Part shown: positions 1 to 9,257 of the stretch, piece after piece | How the letters are laid out: each line of letters begins with the position of its first letter | How positions within the stretch are numbered: the first letter of the stretch is position 1 | Assembly (NCBI GenBank): GCA_028279275.1 | Contig: JANQOB010000009.1 | Coordinates: forward strand, 200,781-264,780 | Source: Gammaproteobacteria bacterium | GTDB lineage: Bacteria > Pseudomonadota > Gammaproteobacteria > UBA4575 | DNA: 64,000 nucleotides | Direction of reading: 5' to 3' | The notes under the pieces: generated by a model | Database searches by the model: none | What the model was told of the DNA's origin: nothing | What the model saw: only the letters and a program-made list of their open reading frames with translations | Position numbers and translations under genes: made by a program

Positions 1-468
1 TGCCGGGTTTCCTAAAGATTCACAAAATACGGCTTTTGTTTTGTCATCTATTGCAGCAGCCATGGCATCAATGTCGCGATAGTCTACGAAGCGGACCTCA
101 ATTCCTAGTTTTGGCAGTGTATGTGCAAAAAAGTTATAGGTACCGCCATATAAGGTGGCTACTGATACGATATTGTCGCCTTGCTCAGCTAAGGCAAAAA
201 TTGCGTAAGAGATTGCAGCCATGCCGGATGACAAACCTAAAGCCCCCACACCTCCTTCCATGGCAGCGATACGTTGTTCTAATACCGCTGTGGTGGGGTT
301 CATAATGCGTGTATAGATATTGCCTTCAACTTTTAAGTCAAATAAATCTGCACCATGTTGTGTGTTATCAAATGCATATGAAGTGGTTTGATAAATAGGT
401 ACTGCAACCGCTTTTGTAGTGGGGTCAGGGCTATAACCTGCATGTATTGCTTGAGTTTCAATTTTCAT
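1..468 (-). CDS. metY: O-acetylhomoserine aminocarboxypropyltransferase/cysteine synthase (5' part; runs off window)
   Basis: Manual translation from ATG at 468: [59 protein letters not shown]...; Cys/Met PLP-enzyme N-terminus; not in ORF track because it is truncated. Confidence 0.93.
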   Translation of the reverse strand, partial: MKIETQAIHAGYSPDPTTKAVAVPIYQTTSYAFDNTQHGADLFDLKVEGNIYTRIMNPTTAVLEQRIAAMEGGVGALGLSSGMAAISYAIFALAEQGDNIVSVATLYGGTYNFFAHTLPKLGIEVRFVDYRDIDAMAAAIDDKTKAVFCESLGNPA

Positions 469-577
469 AATCGTTAACCTCTGTAAGTGTGTGAGGTGGA
501 AATAAGTTAATAAACAAAGGCGTGAGACTGCAAATTAATGCGAAATTACATGGTATAAAACTGGAATGTTTGGTCAT
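458..577 (-). CDS. putative 39-aa leader peptide/uORF overlapping the metY start
   Basis: AAGGGA 8 nt before ATG(577); [39 protein letters not shown]; its TGA lies inside ATGAAAATTGA of metY. Confidence 0.45.
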   Translation of the reverse strand: MTKHSSFIPCNFALICSLTPLFINLFPPHTLTEVNDYEN

Positions 578-655
578 GAAATCCGTCCCTTAGCTTAATT
601 GTGTGCTTCAAATTATTCGGGCGTTGACTCGACCTAGAAGCTTAAAGGGCGGTCA

Positions 656-712
656 TCGCTTTAGCAGAATTTTTTAGTCGCCCTGCAAGTTGTTGAATTA
701 AATCAGCGACAT
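656..712 (-). ncRNA. SAM-II riboswitch aptamer (metY leader)
   Basis: Minus strand GUCGCU-GAUUUAAUUCAACAAC-UUGCAG-GGCGAC-UAAAAAAUU-CUGCUAAAGCGA: P1 GUCGCU/GGCGAC, GAUUU loop, pseudoknot GCAG/CUGC, GCUAAA; upstream of a Met-biosynthesis gene. Confidence 0.88.
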
Positions 713-735
713 AACCAAGAGGTTAGTAAGTAAAA

Positions 736-764
736 ATGCTAGGGGTATTTTTAGTTGATGTCAA
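736..764 (-). promoter_or_regulatory. sigma70-type promoter of the metY leader
   Basis: TTGACA-17 nt-TAGCAT just upstream of the aptamer. Confidence 0.65.
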
Positions 765-806
765 TAACTGGGTTATTAGTGGCTAAGTATATCTTTGCAT
801 TTAGTA

Positions 807-1289
807 TTATATTCTCAAGTTCCAGGTAATTTCTCTTTGTGCATTGATAATGTCATGCTGTTTTAGCCAGTATTTAACTTCTTCTGCATCATCAGTGAAC
901 CAGTTAAATGCTGAACCCAGTCGAAAACTATATCCCCACAAATCCATATCGTTAAAGGCTTGTTGCCGACAATAGCCTTGTATGTAGTCGGCTAGCAATA
1001 TTTGTAGGTAGCAGGTTGCATTTTCTTCGGCGGCAGTGCCTTGGGCATCCACTTCATCGTTTTCACGTTGGTCTTTCGGCATACAAACATAATGTGAGCT
1101 TTCATGCAGAATAGAGTGTATGGGGGTATCGCCCCGCACAAATAATGTGTTTTTGAGCCTTCCTGCCTCTGGTGCCCCCCAAAAGCTATGCGGTATCTCT
1201 CTGTCAAAATTTAAGCAGTTAATTTCTAAGCCATAGCGCTTCAGGACTGCATTAATTGAGTCAGCTTTCAGGTCTTTGTAATACACCAT
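807..1289 (-). CDS. conserved hypothetical protein with HExxH motif
   Basis: 160 aa; IPHSFWG...LHESSHYVC...EENATCYLQ. Confidence 0.7.
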   Translation of the reverse strand: MVYYKDLKADSINAVLKRYGLEINCLNFDREIPHSFWGAPEAGRLKNTLFVRGDTPIHSILHESSHYVCMPKDQRENDEVDAQGTAAEENATCYLQILLADYIQGYCRQQAFNDMDLWGYSFRLGSAFNWFTDDAEEVKYWLKQHDIINAQREITWNLRI

Positions 1290-1436
1290 AGGTAATTTCC
1301 ATGATATGACACCTCACCGCTATAGATGTGCTTAATGCTACGGGTTGTCCAAAAAGAGAGATCCATATTGTACGAAAACTAGGTATACTCACCACGCAAT
1401 TTTATCCCACTTATCATTCTACGGAGAGATACCACG

Positions 1437-1760
1437 ATGCGTTGTGTTTTACGCAAATCAGTACTTATATTAATCACCAGTATGCTCCTAACATCGCTGA
1501 GTTTTGCTGGTGGAGATGTTGAGGCCGGAAAATATAAAGCGGAAACCTGTTTAGGGTGTCATGGAGTTCCAAGCTATACAAATGTATATCCCACTTATAG
1601 TGTTCCACTATTAGGTGGCCAGCATGCCGAATACATTGTTATAGCCTTAAAAGCATATCAAAATGGTGAACGTAGTCATCCTACTATGCAGGCACACGCA
1701 GTAGGATTGAGCGAACAAGATATGGCTGATATTGGTGCATATTTCCAGTCTTTAAAGTAA
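1437..1760 (+). CDS. monoheme c-type cytochrome (c4/c553-like)
   Basis: Signal peptide, CLGCH, P-L-GQHAEY, distal Met (HPTM). Confidence 0.9.
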   Translation: MRCVLRKSVLILITSMLLTSLSFAGGDVEAGKYKAETCLGCHGVPSYTNVYPTYSVPLLGGQHAEYIVIALKAYQNGERSHPTMQAHAVGLSEQDMADIGAYFQSLK

Positions 1761-1796
1761 ACAATACACTAAACTTTTAAAAATTTTTAACTGCTC

Positions 1797-2174
1797 ATGA
1801 AAAAATTAATTATCACAACGATCTCACTTCTTTTTGTTTTTACACTTGTGCCTTGCGTTGCAGCGGAAGAAAGTGGACATGATGAACCAAAAGCCACTGC
1901 TCGAAGTGGTGAGGAAGTTGCCAAGCAATGTGTGGCTTGTCATGCGGAAGATGGAAATAGTATAGCGCCGAATTTCCCACGCTTAGCCGGACAACATGCA
2001 GATTACATGTTTCATTCTTTAATATCATATAAAAATGGTGACCGAAAAAACGCTATTATGGCGGGTATTGTTGCCGCTCTAAGTGAAAAAGAAATGAAAA
2101 ATGTTTCTGAATATTACGCCAACATGGGCGGCGGACTTTCTGTAATAAATATTGATGACGAATCAAGTTTCTAA
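1797..2174 (+). CDS. monoheme c-type cytochrome (c4/c553-like)
   Basis: Signal peptide, CVACH, FPRLAGQHADY, RKNAIM. Confidence 0.9.
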   Translation: MKKLIITTISLLFVFTLVPCVAAEESGHDEPKATARSGEEVAKQCVACHAEDGNSIAPNFPRLAGQHADYMFHSLISYKNGDRKNAIMAGIVAALSEKEMKNVSEYYANMGGGLSVINIDDESSF

Positions 2175-2190
2175 AGAAACTAGATAAAAA

Positions 2191-2433
2191 TTACTTTTCC
2201 TGTTGCTCCCATTCTTCGGGAGTAAACGCCTTTATACTTAGTGCATGTAATTCGCCGCTGGCAATTTGTGTTTTTACAGTGGCGTATACCATTTGATGTT
2301 CTTTAACCATGCTGAGATTAGCGAAGCTATCACTGATAACAATTGCTTCGTATTTTCCTTCTCCGCCACTTACCATAGCTTTAGAGTTGGGCAAGCCAGC
2401 TTCAATCAGTTTTTCTATTTCGTCTGTGGTCAT
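2191..2433 (-). CDS. BolA/IbaG family protein
   Basis: 80 aa; VISDSF..LS.VKEHQMVY...ELHALSIKAFTPEEW. Confidence 0.9.
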   Translation of the reverse strand: MTTDEIEKLIEAGLPNSKAMVSGGEGKYEAIVISDSFANLSMVKEHQMVYATVKTQIASGELHALSIKAFTPEEWEQQEK

Positions 2434-2493
2434 AATGATAATTATCTACTAGGCACTTAATCACGCTATATCGCTTAGGCCATATAAGACTGG

Positions 2494-3603
2494 TCAGCTT
2501 ATATCATTTGCTTCAATTAAGGCTACTAATTCATCGCCGATAAGATCTTTCTTCCAGCTAGATAGAATATCCAGCTCACGTTTTCCGCGAATGAGTTTTT
2601 CAACAACACTACGAGTGGCAAGTAGACTAGGCGCAATATTCAATTGTTCGGCACGTTCGCGTACAAAACTTTGCGCTAATTTAACCAGTTTGCGCTGAGC
2701 ACTATTTAGAGGTCCTATAGTGCTTGTCGTAGGCCAATCATATTCTGGTATTTTTAGTGCTTCGTTAATTTCTAGAATTAATGTTTCAGCATATGGAATA
2801 TGTTCTTCAGTAATAATTTCTAAAGAGCTGAATGCATTGATATCAGTTGGTTGTTCTATGGCTAAGTTACGTAATATTTTATCACTAAGAATCCATCGAC
2901 GAGGTTTATTCTCAGTCATAGCTTGTTGTTCACGCCATTTAGCAAGTTGTTTTAAAATATTTAATTGATTGGAATTAAGTTTTCCTGCACCTTTAACTGT
3001 TTTCCAGACTTTATCAGTATTTATTATATATTTATCAATAGAGGCTAAATTATTGCACTCAAAGTCTGCCCAATGGCTGCGACCATTTTCACCTAATTTA
3101 GTTTTTAAAGACTGATAAATTTCAGCTAAATATTTGACGTCATCAACAGCATATTTTAGTTCTTTACTGGTTAATGGTCTGCGTTCCCAGTTTGTTCTAG
3201 AAAGTGATTTATCAAGTTCAATATTACAAATTTCGGATACTAATTGTGCATAACTTACTTGTTCTCCATAGCCTAGTAGGCTGGCAGCAATTTGAGTATC
3301 AAACATTGGCGTAGGTACTGCATCGAATAAATTGACAAAAATCTCGAGATCTTGGCTAGCCGAATGAAAAATTTTAGTAATAGAGGGTTGATATAGTAAT
3401 TTTTTTAATGAAGATAAGTTACTAATTGCTAAGGTATCTATGCATACTAGTTCCTGTTCGGACGCAATTTGAATTAAACATAAGCTTGGATAGAACGTCT
3501 TTTCGCGTATAAACTCAGTATCCAGTGCAAGCCAATCTACATTGGAGGATGCTGAACAAAATGTTTCTAAATCTCTGGTAGATGTGATTAATTTATATTC
3601 CAT
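2494..3603 (-). CDS. rnd: ribonuclease D
   Basis: DTEF.RE.TFYP.LCLIQ exonuclease motif, YAVDDV, HRDC region; probable start MEYKLI at 3603. Confidence 0.92.
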   Translation of the reverse strand: MEYKLITSTRDLETFCSASSNVDWLALDTEFIREKTFYPSLCLIQIASEQELVCIDTLAISNLSSLKKLLYQPSITKIFHSASQDLEIFVNLFDAVPTPMFDTQIAASLLGYGEQVSYAQLVSEICNIELDKSLSRTNWERRPLTSKELKYAVDDVKYLAEIYQSLKTKLGENGRSHWADFECNNLASIDKYIINTDKVWKTVKGAGKLNSNQLNILKQLAKWREQQAMTENKPRRWILSDKILRNLAIEQPTDINAFSSLEIITEEHIPYAETLILEINEALKIPEYDWPTTSTIGPLNSAQRKLVKLAQSFVRERAEQLNIAPSLLATRSVVEKLIRGKRELDILSSWKKDLIGDELVALIEANDIS

Positions 3604-3616
3604 AATTATAAACTTC

Positions 3617-4582
3617 GTGAATTTCCTTCGAGTTCGCAAGGCTACCAATATATTAATTTTTTGGCTTGTTCTATCACAAAATAGTGTAACAGCTCAGGAA
3701 TCAATAAAGGAATGGCAAGCACCTTATTTGCAGGAGCATACGCTGGTTGGCAAAGTTTGGGACACTCACAAAGATGACTGGCTAAGTGAGAATCAATTTT
3801 ATTATGAATTGACTAATTATGATTATATTTTGTTAGGTGAAGTGCACAACCATCCTGACCATCATATTCTACAGGCTGAAGTTTTAGATGCTTTAGCAAA
3901 TTTAGGTATAAATCCTAGTGTGGTGATGGAAATGTTAACCATTGAAAGTTGGAAGGATCAACCACTCACTTGGGAAAAAACCGATGAGTTACAAGAACTC
4001 GCAAGTATGTTAAACGACGGCTGGCCGTGGGAATTATATAAACCTGTGTTAAGTTCAATTGTCAGGCATGGGCTTAATTTATATGCAGGAAATATTAGTG
4101 GTGAAGAATTGCAAAATCGTGCATACGAAAATTCATTATTTGACTACTCTTACGCTGAAAAGAATTACTCTTATACAAAAGAAAACTTTGAGACATTAAA
4201 AAAAGATATTATTGATTCTCATTGTGGGTATGCGAATGAAGGTTTGGTAAAATTTATGTCACGTGCGCAAATGCAACGTGATCACATCATGGTGAGTGCA
4301 TTACTGGATAAGAAACAACCTGTCGTTTTTATTGCAGGTAAAGGGCATGTAAGAAATGATTACGCAGTTCCTATGCAGCTGAGAAGAAATTTTAAACAAA
4401 CATCTTACTTATCCGTTGCATACATTCCTGTGCGTGAGGGCATAGAAGATCCACAAGAATATTTGCAGGATTCTCATGATTTATATGACATTCTTTATTT
4501 TACCCCTAGTCATACTACAGAAGATCCGTGTGTGAAATTTCAAAAACAGTTGCAGAACATGCGTCAACGCCAGGATCAATGA
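3617..4582 (+). CDS. ChaN family (heme/iron uptake-associated) exported protein
   Basis: LLGEVHNHPDHH, SHCG, AQMQRD, IAGKGHVR motifs; start uncertain (GTG 3617 chosen). Confidence 0.8.
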   Translation: MNFLRVRKATNILIFWLVLSQNSVTAQESIKEWQAPYLQEHTLVGKVWDTHKDDWLSENQFYYELTNYDYILLGEVHNHPDHHILQAEVLDALANLGINPSVVMEMLTIESWKDQPLTWEKTDELQELASMLNDGWPWELYKPVLSSIVRHGLNLYAGNISGEELQNRAYENSLFDYSYAEKNYSYTKENFETLKKDIIDSHCGYANEGLVKFMSRAQMQRDHIMVSALLDKKQPVVFIAGKGHVRNDYAVPMQLRRNFKQTSYLSVAYIPVREGIEDPQEYLQDSHDLYDILYFTPSHTTEDPCVKFQKQLQNMRQRQDQ

Positions 4583-4684
4583 ACAATTTTGACCAATAAT
4601 TTCATACACTTGCTTGCAGTCGTTGGGGTATGTGCGACAATAAGATATAGAAATTTGCTCACCTTACATTTAATAGGACATTAA

Positions 4685-6103
4685 ATGCTCATTGGGCCTG
4701 ATGCTAATTTAAAAGCAAGAATAAAAAGTCTTCGCAATCATATTACAAACGAAAATCCTCTATTAGTGGATGTGGTGGACCATTTTTGTGAGTTGGATAA
4801 GATTGCATATAAACTTGGTATTCTTACAAATAAAGAATCTTACACCACCGATATATCATGGTGGCCACTTATATCTGTGTTAGGGACGTTTTCCGCAGGT
4901 AAGTCGACCTTTATCAATCACTATGTGCAAACCGATTTGCAAAAAACGGGTAATCAAGCCGTCGATGATAAATTTACCGTTATTTGTTTTAGCAGCGATG
5001 ACAAAATAAGAATCTTACCTGGTCTAGCATTAGATGCTGATCCGCGTTTTCCATTCTATCAAATTAGTGAAGAAATTGAAAAAGTATCAACGGGCGAAGG
5101 TTCTCGAATCGATACTTATTTGCAGTTAAAAACTTGTCCATCTGATTTAATTAAAGGAAAAATTTTAATTGATTCACCAGGTTTTGATGCTGATGCACAG
5201 CGCACCTCAACATTACGTATTACGGATCACATCATTAATCTTTCCGATTTAGTGTTGGTGTTGTTTGATTCGCGTCATCCAGAGCCGGGTGCAATGCGTG
5301 ATACTTTGGAACATCTAGTTGCAGGAACAGTACGTCGAAATGACTCAAATAAAGTGTTATTTATTCTCAATCAAATTGATACCACCGCTGCGGAGGATAA
5401 TGCAGAAGAAGTCGTAGCAGCATGGCAGCGTGCGCTCGCGTCAGGAGGTTTGGTGAGTGGACGTTTTTATGCTACCTATAATGAAGAGGCAGCCGTAAAG
5501 ATAGAAGATAAAGCTTTGCGAGAACGTTACCAACGTAAACGCGACCATGACCTAGGTGAAATTTATCAACGCATTTCAGAAGTCAGTGTGGAGCGTGTAT
5601 ATAGAATTATTGGTTCGCTTGAAAATACTGCAAACCAAATTGAAAATAATATTGCACCACAAATTCAGGAAGCAACACGTACATGGGGCAAACGAGTACT
5701 GATGATAGATGCACTAATTTTGATACCTGTTTTCTTGGCTATGCTTATTTACTTTGTTAAACATTTTGGCTACGGAACCGCTTTTGATAGTTTTGGAAAA
5801 ACAGGTGTGATCTGGGCTATTATTCTTGCATTGTTGCTGTTATTTATTATTCATCACTTCATAAGAAATTTTGTGAGCAAATGGGTGGCTAAGTCCTTAC
5901 CTAAAAGAGAGTTAACAGGAAGTGCAAGGGCAGGCTTTTTGCGCAATACGAAATGTTGGCAACCATTATGGCGTCCTTTTATTGTCGGCTGGAATAAACA
6001 CACCCGTCAAAAACTCATCCAGATTCGAGAAGCAGCTGATCGTTTTGTTCAGACATTGAATGATGAATATACTAATCCGTCAGGCGAACACAGGGATATG
6101 TGA
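4685..6103 (+). CDS. dynamin/EHD-like GTPase with two C-terminal TM helices
   Basis: G1 GTFSAGKST, DSPGFD, NQID; hydrophobic segments near aa 340-395. Confidence 0.8.
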   Translation: MLIGPDANLKARIKSLRNHITNENPLLVDVVDHFCELDKIAYKLGILTNKESYTTDISWWPLISVLGTFSAGKSTFINHYVQTDLQKTGNQAVDDKFTVICFSSDDKIRILPGLALDADPRFPFYQISEEIEKVSTGEGSRIDTYLQLKTCPSDLIKGKILIDSPGFDADAQRTSTLRITDHIINLSDLVLVLFDSRHPEPGAMRDTLEHLVAGTVRRNDSNKVLFILNQIDTTAAEDNAEEVVAAWQRALASGGLVSGRFYATYNEEAAVKIEDKALRERYQRKRDHDLGEIYQRISEVSVERVYRIIGSLENTANQIENNIAPQIQEATRTWGKRVLMIDALILIPVFLAMLIYFVKHFGYGTAFDSFGKTGVIWAIILALLLLFIIHHFIRNFVSKWVAKSLPKRELTGSARAGFLRNTKCWQPLWRPFIVGWNKHTRQKLIQIREAADRFVQTLNDEYTNPSGEHRDM

Positions 6104-6163
6104 ATCGGAGTCGAATCAGGGATGAATTTTTATGAGCAATTGTGTTCTTGATTCGAACAATTT

Positions 6164-6646
6164 CTAGAACATCAAGACTTTTTTACTCACGGCCCGCATA
6201 ACTAAATAAATCCAAGGCCAAACAATAACGCTCGTGACTACAGGTGCCCAGTAGACCCAGGTTTTAGGGTCTTCGCCTAATATTCCCAATATCCATAGCG
6301 ACAAACTCATATAAGGCAATAAGATCATGCCGATAAACATCGCTTGTTGATGCAATGGATATACTCGCACGCGTTGATGAAAACGAATTGCAATATAAGC
6401 TGTGATCGCAAACCCTAGTGCGTGTTGACCTAATAGAGCACCTTGAATGACATCTACGCATAATCCTAATATCCAAGCGATGCCGACACCGACTTTTTTT
6501 GGAATAGTAATATTCCAATAGATGAGGGCTAGGGCAATCCATTCAGGTCGGTAAGGACGAGCCCAATCAGGTAAAGGAATGAGCATGAGTATCATCGCCA
6601 CAATGAGGCTTGCAAAAATGATTAAAAATATTGGTCGACTATTCAT
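6164..6646 (-). CDS. mreD: rod shape-determining protein MreD
   Basis: Hydrophobic; RPEWIALALIYW, G.LLGQHAL; after mreBC. Confidence 0.93.
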   Translation of the reverse strand: MNSRPIFLIIFASLIVAMILMLIPLPDWARPYRPEWIALALIYWNITIPKKVGVGIAWILGLCVDVIQGALLGQHALGFAITAYIAIRFHQRVRVYPLHQQAMFIGMILLPYMSLSLWILGILGEDPKTWVYWAPVVTSVIVWPWIYLVMRAVSKKVLMF

Positions 6647-7530
6647 GGATTAATCATTGCGGATTTTTGATCAGCCGAATTATTCTCAGCATTTGATTCT
6701 GATTTTTGTTCGCCCGGCCAGATGAGCAGTACTTCACGAATGGTATTAAGTTTTACCAAAGGTTTGGCTTCAACTTTTACAAATGCTTCCCCAGATATTT
6801 GTTGAATACTGGTGATCTCTGCAATGGGGTAATCGCTTGGATAACGACCATCAAGACCTGAAGTAATAACTAAGTCACCAATTTTAATGTCAGCTGTGTT
6901 GGTTAAATGTAGTAGTTCAAGTTTTTCTATATTTCCAGTACCAACTACTAAACTTCTTTGTCGACTACGTGCAACTTCACCAAGCAACGCGTGATTTGGG
7001 TCTGTCATTAAAATTGCAACTGAGCTAAATGGTCCTGCTTTATCAATTTGACCGATAATGCCTTTGGCACCTAGTAAGGGTTGACCTTCGTAAACACCGT
7101 CGCGTGTGCCTTTATTTACAACGATGCGTTGTCTATAAGGATCTAAATCTACCGAAAGCAGTTCACCAATTAGTACATGTTCTTTTTTAAAATACTTTGC
7201 TGAGGAGAGTAGTTCTCTCAGGCGATTATTTTCCTCTTCTAGTGTGGCGAGTTTTTGTAGACGTAACTCCAAACGAATTTGTTCGGCTCGTAACGCAGCA
7301 TTATCTCGTAACAATTTATTACGCGATGAGAAAGATTCAGTGCTCCAGTTATATACTTTAGAAGGAAGGCTTGCCAAATACTCGATTGGGTACATTGCCA
7401 CACTAATCGATTGGCGAACTGTGCGTAAATGATTGAAGTGGTGATCAACTGTCATCATTACTATCGACAAAATGACGAGCAGGAATAATTTAGCAGCAAC
7501 AGATGGACCAAGACTGAAGAGCGGTTTTAT
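6643..7530 (-). CDS. mreC: rod shape-determining protein MreC (probable ATA start at 7530)
   Basis: LEEENNRLRELL, TSGLDGRYP; frame extends to IKPLFSLGPS preceded by GGAG. Confidence 0.92.
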   Translation of the reverse strand: MKPLFSLGPSVAAKLFLLVILSIVMMTVDHHFNHLRTVRQSISVAMYPIEYLASLPSKVYNWSTESFSSRNKLLRDNAALRAEQIRLELRLQKLATLEEENNRLRELLSSAKYFKKEHVLIGELLSVDLDPYRQRIVVNKGTRDGVYEGQPLLGAKGIIGQIDKAGPFSSVAILMTDPNHALLGEVARSRQRSLVVGTGNIEKLELLHLTNTADIKIGDLVITSGLDGRYPSDYPIAEITSIQQISGEAFVKVEAKPLVKLNTIREVLLIWPGEQKSESNAENNSADQKSAMINP

Positions 7531-7626
7531 GGTGAAATCTCCACAACTATTGAACAGGTCTTAATTAAGAGCGTTGTAATGATAACGAATTACTCGTTAA
7601 CCGTCAGCGTAGCAGGGATTTATAGT

Positions 7627-8691
<1,065 letters not shown>

Positions 8692-8803
8692 TTAATTATT
8701 CGAGAGTTAGCGTACTCTATCAGTGGCTAAAATTTTGGGCAAGCCATTAAATGTGCCGCATAAGTGTGGTAGTTTGCCGTTCGTTCATTTATATATAAGT
8801 ACT

Positions 8804-9091
8804 ATGTCGATCACACCAGAAGAAGTTCTAAAAATTGCCAACCTAGCTCGATTGCAAATCAAGCCTGATGAAGTTGAGCAATATGCAAAAGATTTATCCA
8901 ACATTATTCATTTGGTTGAGCAAATGAATGCAGTGGATACTAAAGATATACAGCCGATGGCGCACCCTTTAGATGCAACACAACGTTTGCGCGAAGACGA
9001 AGTCAAAGAAGAAAATCAGCGTGAAAAATTCCAAACAATTGCTCCAGCAGCAGAGCAAGGCCTTTATTTGGTACCAAAAGTAATTGAGTAA
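8804..9091 (+). CDS. gatC: Asp/Glu-tRNA amidotransferase subunit C
   Basis: MSITPEEVLKIANLARL...LREDEV...GLYLVPKVIE; start at ATG 8804. Confidence 0.95.
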   Translation: MSITPEEVLKIANLARLQIKPDEVEQYAKDLSNIIHLVEQMNAVDTKDIQPMAHPLDATQRLREDEVKEENQREKFQTIAPAAEQGLYLVPKVIE

Positions 9092-9226
9092 ACATAATGA
9101 ATCTTTTACGCTTATACTTCGTTCTTCTTTTTCTCAAATGCTCATGTACTAGCCTGTACACTGCGTTTTTCGAAAAACTCGGGCCTCGTATAAACCTAAA
9201 ATCTTCAATTATGGAATAGGTTCTAG
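9092..9226. repeat. long imperfect palindrome resembling Rickettsia-palindromic-element (RPE)-type MITE
   Basis: Arms CATAATGAATCTTTT..CTTATAC / GTATAAAC..AAAATCTTCAATTATG; central GCTCATGTAC-TAGCCT-GTACACTGCG; right end GGAATAGGTTCTAG. Confidence 0.55.
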
Positions 9227-9257
9227 ATATTTTTTTATCTAGTCAAATAATTTGAAT

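Noticed and set aside
36..305. 89-aa plus-strand ORF
   Set aside because: Antisense shadow of metY.
6111..6156. Inverted repeat TCGAATCAGG...CTTGATTCGA between the dynamin-like gene and mreD
   Set aside because: Large loop and no clear U-tract; probably just a convergent-gene hairpin.
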